A stretch of DNA of 64,000 nucleotides from contig CAZDCG010000002.1 in the NCBI GenBank assembly GCA_964503955.1, forward strand, positions 269,047-333,046, written 5' to 3'. Positions 26,979 through 37,660 of the stretch are shown here, in pieces (positions within the stretch are counted from its first letter, which is position 1; each line of letters starts with the position of its first letter). The notes beneath the pieces are model-generated. The model did not search any database. It was not told the origin of the DNA and saw nothing but the letters and a program-made list of their open reading frames with translations. Both the position numbers and the translations under genes were made by a program. This DNA is from an uncultured Gammaproteobacteria bacterium. GTDB taxonomy: Bacteria; Patescibacteriota; Patescibacteriia; VMEV01; CAYQCH01.

Positions 26979-28571
26979 CTATTTTTTCATCCCCTTCCCT
27001 CTGAGGAGACGGTGATAGGTGATGGCAAAGCGATGGGCTTCATCGCGGATCCGGCGCAAGAGCAGCAAGCCGGGCTCTTTCTGCGAGAGCTTCATCGGTT
27101 TTTCATTTTCTACACGATAGATTTCTTCTTCGCGTTTGGCAAGGCCGATAACGGGGATGCGCAGATTCAATTCTGTTAAAACATCCCAGGCGGCGTTCAG
27201 CTGCCCTCTCCCGCCATCGATAACAATCAGATTTGGGAGTTCTTTCTTTTCGGCAAGAAGCCTCGTATATCTGCGTCGCACGATTTCCGCCATGGAGGCA
27301 AAATCATCCTGCTGATGAACGGTTTTTATCTTGAACCGGCGGTAATTAGATTTGTCCGGTTCTCCTCCGCGGAATTGGACCATGGACCCCACATTAAACT
27401 GTCCTTGAATGGTTGAAATATCAAAGCACTCGATAACATATGGGATGCCTGTCAAATGCAAATGATCACGCAAATTGATCAAGGCGCGGTCTTCCTGATC
27501 GGTAGCATACAGGAGGTTTTTATAGACAAGATCAAGTAATTTCTTCTGTTCGCCCCGTTGCGGAACAACAATAGACACCTTTTTGCCCTTTAATTTGGTT
27601 AAATAGGCCTGCATCAGCTCATGTTCCTTAAAAAGCCTGGGCACAAGCAGGCGGTCAGGAATGGCATTCGTCTGATAATACTGGCGGACAAAGGATTCAA
27701 TCACTTCCTCCTGTTCTTCAAAGGTAAATTCCTGCTTGCCTGTCACCTGCCCTTTATCAACCTTAAAGAGCTGAACATAGACTTTATCCCCCACGGACAG
27801 CCAATGCATAATATCTTCATCAAACGCACGATGCATGGCCATTTTTTGGCGTTGGGAGAACTGCTTGAGCGATTGTATTTGATCTCGCCGCTGCTTTGCC
27901 TGCTCATATTGCTTATTGGAGGAAAACCCCTTCATTTCCTGTTCCAGGCGCTTGATCACGGATTTTGTTCGTCCCTGCAAAACGGAGACGGCAGCGCTGA
28001 TATTCTGCCCATAGAGCGTTTTTGAGATATTCCCCACGCATGGCGCGTCGCAATTGCCGATATAGAATTGCAGACAGACTGTTCTTGGAAGCTTTGCTCC
28101 GCATGTTCTGACCTTGAAAATGGATCGAAGCAGGCGCGCTGAATTTTCACGGGCCGTACCATCCGTGAACGGTCCAAAATATCGTGCGCCGTCCGGTTCT
28201 TTCTGGCGGACCGTTAGCAATCGGGGAAAATCCTCATTTGTAATTTTCAGGTACGCGTAACGCACCCCGTCTTTCAGATCGATATTATACGGGGGTTTAT
28301 GCTGGCGTATCAGCCTTGACTCAAGAATCAAGGCTTCTACCTCCGTATCCGTGACAAAGAATTCGATATGAGCGATTTCTTTGACGAGCAAGGCTGTTTT
28401 GTCCTGATGCTTCTTGCTGAAATACGAACTTACACGCTTGCGCAGCTGCTTCGCTTTTCCGATATACAGAAGTCTCCCTCGGGCATCTTTATAGAGATAG
28501 ACTCCGGGCTTGATCGGAATTTCTTTGATTTGTTGTTTCAGGACGGACTGCATGCCTGTACCTTGCCTCAA
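26979..28571 (-). CDS. uvrC: Excinuclease ABC subunit C, short form lacking C-terminal (HhH)2 domain
   Basis: GIY-YIG (GVYLYKDARGRLLYIGKAKQLRKRVSSYF), RNaseH-like endonuclease motifs (IDGGRGQLNAA; IGLAKREEEI; RDEAHRFAI). It ends right after that domain at 530 aa. Confidence 0.8.
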   Translation of the reverse strand: MRQGTGMQSVLKQQIKEIPIKPGVYLYKDARGRLLYIGKAKQLRKRVSSYFSKKHQDKTALLVKEIAHIEFFVTDTEVEALILESRLIRQHKPPYNIDLKDGVRYAYLKITNEDFPRLLTVRQKEPDGARYFGPFTDGTARENSARLLRSIFKVRTCGAKLPRTVCLQFYIGNCDAPCVGNISKTLYGQNISAAVSVLQGRTKSVIKRLEQEMKGFSSNKQYEQAKQRRDQIQSLKQFSQRQKMAMHRAFDEDIMHWLSVGDKVYVQLFKVDKGQVTGKQEFTFEEQEEVIESFVRQYYQTNAIPDRLLVPRLFKEHELMQAYLTKLKGKKVSIVVPQRGEQKKLLDLVYKNLLYATDQEDRALINLRDHLHLTGIPYVIECFDISTIQGQFNVGSMVQFRGGEPDKSNYRRFKIKTVHQQDDFASMAEIVRRRYTRLLAEKKELPNLIVIDGGRGQLNAAWDVLTELNLRIPVIGLAKREEEIYRVENEKPMKLSQKEPGLLLLRRIRDEAHRFAITYHRLLRGKGMKK

Positions 28572-28603
28572 AATGCTCGCAAGGGCAAGGAATAAATGAT
28601 CTG

Positions 28604-31600
28604 CTAGCTTCTGCGCAATCCGATATCTCCTTTCACGCTCTCCCCTTCTTTCTGAATACTGATTTGCGTAGGAAGCGGCTGGCGATCCTTTGGCGCTTCA
28701 ACGATTTCCGATTGAGTGAATCCCGGTTTTTCAGCCTTTAATACATATTTCCCCGGTTCAGGAGCAAAACGGAAACGTCCTTGATAATCCGACAGCCTTG
28801 ATGCAACCACTTTGCCAAAAGCCGGATCAATCAGCTGGAGATTGACCAGCGGCAATGGCGCATTGGTGGCGATATCGTAGACAGTTCCCCAGGCTTTTTC
28901 AGGCTTATGACGCAAGGTAAGCTGAAGCATGAAAAGAAGGATATACGCGGCCGACAAAATCCAGTTGACGGGATTTTCCGGAACAGCTGCCACGACCATC
29001 ACAGAAGCAAGCGATCCAACAAAGAGTAATGGCAAGGCAAGGAATTGACCGGCTTTCTGCAATGAGAGCCAAAGTTTCTTGAAGAGGCTGGCTGTCTGCC
29101 ATTTTTGCTCTGCATTAACAGGATCCATTGGCAGGTCAGGTACAACCAATTCCGTTGTTTGGTCGGTGATATCAACACCTCCCATGTAAACATGATCATA
29201 CTGCCCATCCTGACTGGTTCCAGTAACAATCGACGACGGGAAGGTATATTGCGGCTTTTTCACTTCAATGCGGTATGAACCAGGTTCAAGCAAAGCATCG
29301 TATTTGCCTTGTTTGTCCGTCACAAAGGTGGAAACGAGACGTTCTGAAGCACCGTCTTTCTTGTATAAGCGGACAATCGCCAAAGCAAGCGGATCTTTCG
29401 TGATAGCATCATACGCGATGCCGAAGAATCGCTGCTGCCCTTTCTTCCTTCTTCCCACTAGACCAACAAGATACGTGATCGCGTGATAGAGCAAGGTTGG
29501 CAAGTACGGAAGGTATCCCCACAAAGGAGCCGACGAGATGACAACCACGGGAGCGGCAACGGCTAATGTCTGCTGGATTTCTTCTTCTCGTTGTTCAACA
29601 ACGCGCTGCACTTCCTTGGTCACTGTCTTGATAGCCGTAACAAGCTCGCTTGAAGAAACAACGGTTTCAAAATCCGTTTGTACCTCTCCTTCTTTGGCGA
29701 TTGTCAGGGTGAATTCTCCTACTTGCACGCGCTCACTGCGCAAATCACCGGCCACGGCAATCGCCTCTACGCTGACACGCAAAGGTTCACCCGGTTGAGC
29801 TCCAAGCTGCTGAGCGCTGACATAAGCCTGCCAGACTCCGTTTGTATCGCTGACGGCCGATACGCTGATGAGTCCGTTGAAAATGAGGGTCACAACAGAA
29901 TTCGGCTCGCTTGTGCTTCCTGAGAATGCGATGCCTTCTTCCTGCTGATCAGCAAGTCCGTCAATCAGGACGGTCCGCGAGTCGTCTGTAACTTCAATAT
30001 TGAAGCTTTGACCATCGGTTGAAACGGTGGTTTGCGCGGGGCTTGGCATTGACGGACTTTGCGGCTCCGGCTGATTCAAAGAATCAATAAGCTGCTGCAA
30101 ATATTGCGGTGAAAGGCCGTCCTCTGTTGGTTCTGGGATTGGCCGAGGAAGTACCTCAGGCTGAGATTCAGGTTCCTGATCTGGTTCCGGTTCGTTCTTC
30201 GGCGTGATCAATGAAGCAATATCGACCTCAAAGTCTGCAATATTGCTGTAAATGGGTTCGGTGATTCCGGCATGATTCACGCTTGCCTGCAGCTGGATAA
30301 GAGGATTTGCCTGGGCAAGGACAGCGCTCGCTTCACTTGCCGAGAAATCATGCAAGAGAGCTGCGGTATCCAAGGCAATCTCAAATCGGATTGCGTGAGA
30401 TTGTCCCGGCTCAAGCATTGCCCAAGAGGCAGAGATGCCGTTTTGATTCGCCAGTCCGGGATCAGCTGCACCGGTTTCAGAACTTAAAGTACCATCGACT
30501 CTCAATGAACGGGGCGTATAGCTCACGTATTTAGGCAATGGAACATTTAGAATCACCTGATGAGCGTTCTTTGCGCCAGCATTACGAACGGAAGCTTCAA
30601 CAAGAATGCTCTGATGCGGCACAACAATGCCAGGTAGCTCATTTTCTGAAAGCGTCATCAAACGAATAGTCGGCAAGACGACGATCTCATCAGCCGACAA
30701 GGCTGGAATATGGATCATGCTGCTCCAGTCCGTGATCACGCCGTCAGCATTTCTGGCTCGCACACGCACTGAATACTCTTGGTCACCTTCAAGATTGCTA
30801 AAGGTATGGCTTGTCGTCTGAATCCAGTCTGATAATTGTGCTTGTGTCTGGCCGAGTACCGATACAAGCTCGAATTGAATAGCGCTTTGATTTGTCGTCA
30901 GATTGTTTATTGCTTCAACAACGGAAACCTCTACATTTGTATCCGTGCGAGAAGTTACTATCGGTGTTGGCTCAGGCATCCAAGTATAAACGTCAGGATA
31001 TACTCCGCTAGGAGTTCCCATGGATGATCCCAGATACGCAGCGATCTTGCGACCAGATATGAGTGTGTTGTGCCCCAATCCTTCTTCAGTTAATTGACGG
31101 GCCTGTGGCGAAGCAATCGTCGCAATGATTCGATTTTGAGCATCAAGCAGGTGAAACCCCTCGTGATTTGATCCCGCATAACTCCATTCATATTGCACGC
31201 GGTCATGGCTCAGCACGGTTGCCTCACCAAGATTCGGAATGTTCAAAGACTGGTGTTGAATGACCTGAGCTGGTGTCCCCTGACTCGATGAAGGTGGCGT
31301 TGCTCCATCTGGATAGTAAATTCGCGTTATGTATCCGTCTTCAGCGGACGTGGAAGCGATCTGATCACTGAACGGAGTTCCGGTTTGTGAAAGGGATGGA
31401 TATGCAGCTGATTCCAGATCTGAGTCGATTGTCTCTGAAGCGAAATAAATATTGTCACCTTCGATGATAAGCGAAGAGGCTACCTGCGCATCGCCAATTC
31501 GCGTTCCGTAAACCAAATCGGAACTTCCATTGCCATCTAGACTGAAACGGAGCAAACCAAATCCATCCTGATTGATATTGTTGCTGTAAGCACCGGCTGT

Positions 31601-34600
31601 AATTGGGAAGGTCGCATCGATTACTCTCAGCATGTACAAATCATCATTTCTTAAGAAGGCGGAGCTGCAGTTGCCTCCGTAGGAGCCATACACAAGATCA
31701 GCCGCGCCATTTCCGCCCGGATCGAGAACAAACATGTAACCATCGTCATCCGAAGTTGATTTATACGCGCCAGCCGTGATTGTCATGTCTCCGGAACCAT
31801 TGCTTCCACATCCGTAGATGTGCCCGGTAGATTCATGATGAATTACCGCCATAACAACCTCCTGATCGTTCCCCCCCATAAAGGTCGAATAGAGAAGGTC
31901 TGATGATCCGTTCCCGGAAGGATCCAGAACAGAAACAACCCCTTCGGTCCCAAACCCGGCTTTGACGGTATCAAACGCGCCAACGGTAACAGGATACGAA
32001 CCAGTATCTGAATACCCCGCCAGGTAGACAATGCCGTCATGGACATCAATACTTCTTAAAGCTTCAAATCCGCCTCCGCCCAAATATGTGGAGTATAAGA
32101 GATCATTTGCGCCGTTTCCGGCCAGATCAAGAACCATCACATAGAAGTCGATGCTGCCGTTTTGAGTAGTATCATAAGCTCCAGCCGTAGTGGGAAGATT
32201 CAATTGTGCAGGGCCGACTGCATACACAAGACCGTTTTCCACTCGAATTTCATCTCCTCCGATGATCCCGCGAGGCATAAGCCTTGTTGAATACTCCAAA
32301 ACAGATGCGTCGTTGTTGAAACGAAGGATAAATGCACCCGCATCCGCTGTGTTATCGAACGGAACTCCGCCTCCGTCCGCAATATATGGAATATCTGTTG
32401 AATGAGTCTCTCCAATGAGATAAATCTTGTCATCAGCAAAATCAAGAGAATTCAAGAGTGTTGTAGCATTTCCACCAAAGTAAGTTGCAAACTGCAAATC
32501 TCCGGCTCCGTTGCCATCAAGACTGAAGGCAGCGACATAAGAGTGGTCCGTACTATCGAACGTCTCATCATAAACTCCGGCAGTAACTGGAAAATCTACT
32601 GAGTCCGTTGATCCTGCTACGTAGACAATTCCATTCTCAACATCAAAACCGTTGACGGAATCACCCGCGCTTCCTCCAAAATAGGTTGAATAGTTTAGAT
32701 AAGGGGCGCCAGAATCCTGGATAAAACTTCCCATCGTCGTCCAATCAGATTGCGTTGTGCCGTTGTCATTTCGCGCGCACCAGTACTTTATTCCGTTCGA
32801 CAACGTGCTTACTCGCAAATACGTTATTGCATTCTTCGTGTTTGTGGCAGAGCTTGTCCCAGAGGCTTCTATATTTACATTTGCAAGACAATCCGCCGCG
32901 CTTCCACTGGAAACACGGAATTGCGTCGTACCCGTGAGCACCGAGTGAGTATAGTTAGACGCTAATATCACTACCCCTGCGCGAGTGGCCCCTTCATCTG
33001 GATAAACACGCGTCGGGGCTTCGGGAGGAACGGTCGCCGGGTCTAGTTCCGAATCAACCTCAAAGGAGATGAAAAAGGCTTCTGTTCCGCCATTGGCAAC
33101 AACGTCATAGGCATCACCACCGGTTGCAAAGGCAACAAAATCAGCAGAGTTGGTAATACCAGCCAGGGACAAATTTACCCCGTCATAATGCAGGGAATAA
33201 ACGGAATCTGCGCCCTCCCCGTCTAATTGAGTCGAAAAAGTCAGATCGTTTTGCCCATTGCCGGACGGATCCAGGATAGCCAAGAAGGCAGCGGAATCCG
33301 TGATGGATTCACCCGTCGATGTTACAAAATCGGAGCTGTTGGTTTCCCCTGCAATCGCAATGGAACCGGACGGTAATACCACGATTCCGTACGCGGCTTC
33401 ATCGGCGTCTCCGCCTATGAACGTTGAATACACTAAATCGTCGCCGCCATTGGAAGAAGGATCGATGATCACCGCGACTGCTTCAGAATTGCCGTTAAAT
33501 GATGAGCTGTACGCACCGGCTGTCGTTGGAAAGTTAGTTGAGTTGGTTAAGCCGGCAATATAGGCGATTCCTTGATCCACCTCCAGATCAAGCATGTCTT
33601 CATTGTCATCGCCTCCTAAGAAAGTTGAATATACCAGATCCCCCGACCCGTTGCCCGAAGGATCAATAATGGTAAGCGTGTCATCAAAAGGCCCGCCGCC
33701 ATAGGTGGTCTGCATCGCCTGGGCAGTCGTCGGAAAATTTGAATCGGTCGTGTAGCCAAGAATATACGCGTTGCCAGAATCAACCTCCACATCAACCGCG
33801 TCACTGGAACCGGTGCCAGTTCCAACGATGGTAGCGTACTGCAAATCAGCTGCTCCGTTACCATCAGGACTTATCAGGGCCAAAAAGATATCCGTCATCC
33901 CGTTTGCAGACTCATCATAGGCGCCGGATGTCGTCGGAAAGTCACTGCTTAGAGTAGAACCGGCGACGTAAATAATCCCACCGCCTACGTCAATTCCTCC
34001 AATATAATCGTCTTCTGCTAGCGTCCCCCCAATATACGTTGAATAGAGAAGATTCGAACCATCGGCCGCGAGACGGAATACAAATCCATCAAGAGCACCG
34101 GCATCGCTTGTAGAATCATATGCGCCAAGGCTTGTTGGAAAGTCGGCGGACGCGGTTGTACCGGCCGCGTAGACCTCGCCAGCAACAACTTTTATGCGAA
34201 GACTGCGGTGATCTCCAAAAGGTGATGCTGCATCCGTATCGGTACCGCCGATATACGTTGCATAGATCAAATCAGCATCCCCAGCCCCATCCGGCGAGAT
34301 TTTTGCGACGAACACATCGTTTGTACCGGCTAAAGATGTATCGTACGCCCCAAGTGTTGCGGGAAAATCAGCGGATGCTGTGCCGCCTGACACATAGATA
34401 TCTCCGCCCTCGACCGATATTGCGCTTGCCCAGTCATCATCCGAACCGCCTAAAAACGTTGAGTAGCTTACCCCGGCAGGGTGCAATAAATTTACCGTGA
34501 ACTCGCCCATTGAGGTCCAATCAGTCTGTTCCGTGCCATTGTCGTTGCGCGCGCACCAATAGTAGGTTTCACCATGAACAAGCCCGGAGGCTTCAAAGGT

Positions 34601-37600
34601 CGTTGGCTGATCCAATGATTCTGTGACGGCGCTTGTACCAAAATCAACAATATCAACACCGTTCACGCAATTAACCAACGAAGAGCTGCTGATTCTGTAT
34701 TCAGTGGTGCCCGTTTGAGCAGAATCTGTATACCAGGCGGAAAGGACAGGAGTTGATCTTGTGACCACAACCTGATCTTGCGGATAAATAATAAGCGGAT
34801 CCTGAAGCCCCTGCGCAGCGATGCGATACGCGACAAATTCACCTGTTGACGCGCGGTAGCCGGTTACATAGGCAAGGCTCGGGTCAATTGCGTCAATCGC
34901 ACTGTAAAACCCGGCCTCCGAATCGTCTCCATCAGGCTCGATATGAGTTGTGATATCCCAGGTATCACCGCCGTCTATCGAGAAAAAATATTGGAAGTCT
35001 AGATTGTTAGGAGCGGCTGCAAAGATATGGTCCGCGTCAGTCGCATCGATAGAAGGCCATTCAAAGAATCCCCCGGTACTGTCAATCACGCTGGTTTCCC
35101 ATGTCGCTCCTCCATCCGTTGTCTTCGCAAACATCAATGTTTGATCGGTATCATTTGTATAAACAGCATAAGCCGTAAGCTCGTCGATAACTTTGATCGC
35201 ATGTCCAAAACCGACATCTCCAACCGTATCAACATCGTTCAGAGTCCAGTTTGCGCCTCCATTGGTCGTTACAGCGGATTGGAGATCGCCATCCAAATCG
35301 TCACGATACAAAAGATAGATCGTGTTTTCATCAAATGCGTCGATCGCGTGCGGTGAGGTAATGTAGCCTGGCCCGACGGCGACCTCGGTTAAATCTCCGC
35401 CTGCATTTGTGGTAGACGTCACGTAAACCTGCCCATCCGCCTGTTTTGAATACGCAACAAAGAACGTATTGTCATCCACAACCGTAATGGCAGTATAGGA
35501 ATCAACATCATCGTCTTCATGTATGCCGATATAGGAGTCATCCGTTGTCCAAACCCAAACCTCGCTTAAAGGCCCGCCTCCGTCCCACGCATATGAAATA
35601 TAAGCAGTTCCGGAAGCAGTCGCGTCGATAGAGGTTGCGAAAACATCTGCATCAAAATCGAATTGATCCCAGGAGAATCCCCCGTTTTCAGAGAAGGCAA
35701 AGTATCCTTGACCGTTGTCTTCATCACGATAAGACGCGTAAAGATTATCCTCGTCGATCGCGACCATATCACTATCCGTCCCCGCGATATTGCCTCGTTG
35801 ATCAATGACAACTTCCGTCCAATTGCTTGTATCGATAGGGGTGGTATTTGTTTCATTCGACACGTCTCCCGTCCCAATCGCGTTTACCGCATAAACGACA
35901 AAGGTGTAATCGATGCCATTCACAAGGCCTGTTACGGTCGATTCCGGGATATCGCTGATACCGTCATCAAATACAGTGGCATTGCCCGGCCAGCCAGATG
36001 TTTCTCCGTATTCTATTACGTAATCTGTTATTGGTGATCCCCCGTCATTAGGCTCTGACCAGGTCAAGACTGCTTTACCGTTTCCAGGAGCGCCATCCAA
36101 ATCCGTGATAGCGGCGGGTGCGAATTGTCCTCCCATCCAGATTTCAAACGTTCCGGGCGCGCCCTCATGGATAGAAACCATGTCTAGCACACCATTTTTA
36201 TCCAAGTCCGCAAGCGCAGCATCAGTGCCGTGTTCTGCAACAGGAATCTGCCCTTTTGCGGAAAAATCAGGTGCCGCAGCAGAGTTGTTTAGTAAAATTT
36301 CATACCAACCATCGTTGAAACCGGGATTTGTGAATGCAACGATATCGGGATCATCGTCTCCATCAAGATCCCCTGATATGATCTCGCGGATACCATCGTT
36401 AAAAATGACATCAGGCTGAGACCAGGTAAATGAAGCACTCCCGTCGTTGGTACCAAAACTCAATGCGTCATTGGCAATGAGAAAATGATTGAAATCATCA
36501 GCGAGCAGGAACTGGTCCACAACAACATGATCCGTTGTTCCGAAATTGGCATCCGTTGAGTTGAAAGCAAAATTCGCGCTCCCGTCATTAAGCAAATATC
36601 CAACAGCATCGGTTGTCGCTCCCCCTTCGATAATGAGGTCAAGATCGTAGTCATTATCAAGATCAGCGGCATAGATCTCCAAAGAGGATGCCGTTACGGC
36701 ATAAGCCGCATCATATACCAGCTGGCTGCCATTATTGAGAAAGACAATGACATTTCCTGAAAAATACTGACTCACGGCAAAATCCATGAGCCCGTCTCCA
36801 TTGAAATCACCGGCAGCAACATCACCGAATGATACGTTATTCCCGCCCAGATCCACGGTCATCTCTGAATTGAAGTTCCCGCTGCCATCGTTCAAATGAA
36901 TTTCAATATCATTGCTTAAGTGAACGAAGATGATATCTAAATAGTCATCATCATTCATTGGAGCCAGTGAGATGTTGCGACCCTGAAGCCCCGGCTCTGA
37001 TATCACGATATCCACGGGAGAAGCAAAACCGCCAAGCCCGTCGCCAAGCCAGCGTTCCAGCCCTCCATTCATGTTAGAGATCACAAGGTCGAGATTGCCG
37101 TCTCCGTTCAAATCTCCTAATTTTACGTCGCTTGGACGCACGCCAAGACTTTGATCATTGTTGAACAATGTAGAGGAAGCATGTCCGAAATTCGCAAAAC
37201 CATTAGGCACGTTGACGGTATAGGTGAAGATATACGGGCCGTCTAACGGATCTCCCGTGGCGGCGGACAGGATCGCATTCGTAAGGGTGACGCTTACTTT
37301 TTCCCCTGCAAAATCAAATCCATCAGTTGGAGTAAACTGAACGGTTGTGTCTCCATTGCTGAACGCAAAATTTCCCAAGCTTCTGCGTCCCGTCTGGTTT
37401 CCAATCACCACAAAACTATCAGCCGTAATACTTGCCTGATCGACTGCTTCAGAAAAATCAACCGTGATGGGTGAATTGAAAGCAACACCGTTCGCGTGCA
37501 ATGACGGGGTGGTCGAAACAACAGATGGAATACCGGCGACAAAGACGGATGCCCTGACTCCAACTGCTTTATCGGATTGATATTGAGCAAGAAAGTATGA

Positions 37601-37660
37601 TGAGCATGCCAACAGAACGACAATAAACAGACTCGCTGTAAGAGCAAAGTATTTTCTCAT
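28604..37660 (-). CDS. Giant secreted surface protein 1 (3018 aa). Domain order: signal peptide, Big-like, FG-GAP/VCBS, FN3, BNR-like, SBBP-like beta-propeller repeats, FN3/DUF11-like, Pro-rich linker, Ig-like, TM, CarboxypepD_reg-like, 2TM, CarboxypepD_reg-like
   Basis: Single uninterrupted 9-kb frame. N-terminal signal peptide MRKYFALTASLFIVVLLAC. FG-GAP-like DLNGDGNLDLV/GDFNGDGLMDFAV. FN3-like VLTWSEPNDGGSPITDYVIEYG. BNR-like SENGGFSWDQ/TNGGANWT/TDGGATWE. Dozens of [Y]STFLGGSDDDWASAISVEGGDIYVSGGTASADFPATLGAYD repeats. C-terminal anchor module shared with the four downstream paralogs. Confidence 0.8.
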   Translation of the reverse strand: MRKYFALTASLFIVVLLACSSYFLAQYQSDKAVGVRASVFVAGIPSVVSTTPSLHANGVAFNSPITVDFSEAVDQASITADSFVVIGNQTGRRSLGNFAFSNGDTTVQFTPTDGFDFAGEKVSVTLTNAILSAATGDPLDGPYIFTYTVNVPNGFANFGHASSTLFNNDQSLGVRPSDVKLGDLNGDGNLDLVISNMNGGLERWLGDGLGGFASPVDIVISEPGLQGRNISLAPMNDDDYLDIIFVHLSNDIEIHLNDGSGNFNSEMTVDLGGNNVSFGDVAAGDFNGDGLMDFAVSQYFSGNVIVFLNNGSQLVYDAAYAVTASSLEIYAADLDNDYDLDLIIEGGATTDAVGYLLNDGSANFAFNSTDANFGTTDHVVVDQFLLADDFNHFLIANDALSFGTNDGSASFTWSQPDVIFNDGIREIISGDLDGDDDPDIVAFTNPGFNDGWYEILLNNSAAAPDFSAKGQIPVAEHGTDAALADLDKNGVLDMVSIHEGAPGTFEIWMGGQFAPAAITDLDGAPGNGKAVLTWSEPNDGGSPITDYVIEYGETSGWPGNATVFDDGISDIPESTVTGLVNGIDYTFVVYAVNAIGTGDVSNETNTTPIDTSNWTEVVIDQRGNIAGTDSDMVAIDEDNLYASYRDEDNGQGYFAFSENGGFSWDQFDFDADVFATSIDATASGTAYISYAWDGGGPLSEVWVWTTDDSYIGIHEDDDVDSYTAITVVDDNTFFVAYSKQADGQVYVTSTTNAGGDLTEVAVGPGYITSPHAIDAFDENTIYLLYRDDLDGDLQSAVTTNGGANWTLNDVDTVGDVGFGHAIKVIDELTAYAVYTNDTDQTLMFAKTTDGGATWETSVIDSTGGFFEWPSIDATDADHIFAAAPNNLDFQYFFSIDGGDTWDITTHIEPDGDDSEAGFYSAIDAIDPSLAYVTGYRASTGEFVAYRIAAQGLQDPLIIYPQDQVVVTRSTPVLSAWYTDSAQTGTTEYRISSSSLVNCVNGVDIVDFGTSAVTESLDQPTTFEASGLVHGETYYWCARNDNGTEQTDWTSMGEFTVNLLHPAGVSYSTFLGGSDDDWASAISVEGGDIYVSGGTASADFPATLGAYDTSLAGTNDVFVAKISPDGAGDADLIYATYIGGTDTDAASPFGDHRSLRIKVVAGEVYAAGTTASADFPTSLGAYDSTSDAGALDGFVFRLAADGSNLLYSTYIGGTLAEDDYIGGIDVGGGIIYVAGSTLSSDFPTTSGAYDESANGMTDIFLALISPDGNGAADLQYATIVGTGTGSSDAVDVEVDSGNAYILGYTTDSNFPTTAQAMQTTYGGGPFDDTLTIIDPSGNGSGDLVYSTFLGGDDNEDMLDLEVDQGIAYIAGLTNSTNFPTTAGAYSSSFNGNSEAVAVIIDPSSNGGDDLVYSTFIGGDADEAAYGIVVLPSGSIAIAGETNSSDFVTSTGESITDSAAFLAILDPSGNGQNDLTFSTQLDGEGADSVYSLHYDGVNLSLAGITNSADFVAFATGGDAYDVVANGGTEAFFISFEVDSELDPATVPPEAPTRVYPDEGATRAGVVILASNYTHSVLTGTTQFRVSSGSAADCLANVNIEASGTSSATNTKNAITYLRVSTLSNGIKYWCARNDNGTTQSDWTTMGSFIQDSGAPYLNYSTYFGGSAGDSVNGFDVENGIVYVAGSTDSVDFPVTAGVYDETFDSTDHSYVAAFSLDGNGAGDLQFATYFGGNATTLLNSLDFADDKIYLIGETHSTDIPYIADGGGVPFDNTADAGAFILRFNNDASVLEYSTRLMPRGIIGGDEIRVENGLVYAVGPAQLNLPTTAGAYDTTQNGSIDFYVMVLDLAGNGANDLLYSTYLGGGGFEALRSIDVHDGIVYLAGYSDTGSYPVTVGAFDTVKAGFGTEGVVSVLDPSGNGSSDLLYSTFMGGNDQEVVMAVIHHESTGHIYGCGSNGSGDMTITAGAYKSTSDDDGYMFVLDPGGNGAADLVYGSYGGNCSSAFLRNDDLYMLRVIDATFPITAGAYSNNINQDGFGLLRFSLDGNGSSDLVYGTRIGDAQVASSLIIEGDNIYFASETIDSDLESAAYPSLSQTGTPFSDQIASTSAEDGYITRIYYPDGATPPSSSQGTPAQVIQHQSLNIPNLGEATVLSHDRVQYEWSYAGSNHEGFHLLDAQNRIIATIASPQARQLTEEGLGHNTLISGRKIAAYLGSSMGTPSGVYPDVYTWMPEPTPIVTSRTDTNVEVSVVEAINNLTTNQSAIQFELVSVLGQTQAQLSDWIQTTSHTFSNLEGDQEYSVRVRARNADGVITDWSSMIHIPALSADEIVVLPTIRLMTLSENELPGIVVPHQSILVEASVRNAGAKNAHQVILNVPLPKYVSYTPRSLRVDGTLSSETGAADPGLANQNGISASWAMLEPGQSHAIRFEIALDTAALLHDFSASEASAVLAQANPLIQLQASVNHAGITEPIYSNIADFEVDIASLITPKNEPEPDQEPESQPEVLPRPIPEPTEDGLSPQYLQQLIDSLNQPEPQSPSMPSPAQTTVSTDGQSFNIEVTDDSRTVLIDGLADQQEEGIAFSGSTSEPNSVVTLIFNGLISVSAVSDTNGVWQAYVSAQQLGAQPGEPLRVSVEAIAVAGDLRSERVQVGEFTLTIAKEGEVQTDFETVVSSSELVTAIKTVTKEVQRVVEQREEEIQQTLAVAAPVVVISSAPLWGYLPYLPTLLYHAITYLVGLVGRRKKGQQRFFGIAYDAITKDPLALAIVRLYKKDGASERLVSTFVTDKQGKYDALLEPGSYRIEVKKPQYTFPSSIVTGTSQDGQYDHVYMGGVDITDQTTELVVPDLPMDPVNAEQKWQTASLFKKLWLSLQKAGQFLALPLLFVGSLASVMVVAAVPENPVNWILSAAYILLFMLQLTLRHKPEKAWGTVYDIATNAPLPLVNLQLIDPAFGKVVASRLSDYQGRFRFAPEPGKYVLKAEKPGFTQSEIVEAPKDRQPLPTQISIQKEGESVKGDIGLRRS

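Noticed and set aside
28604-28680. Sortase (LPXTG), T9SS CTD, RTX nonapeptide or autotransporter barrel at giant-protein C-termini
   Set aside because: None of these motifs is present. The C-termini end in a CarboxypepD_reg-like domain after three TM helices.
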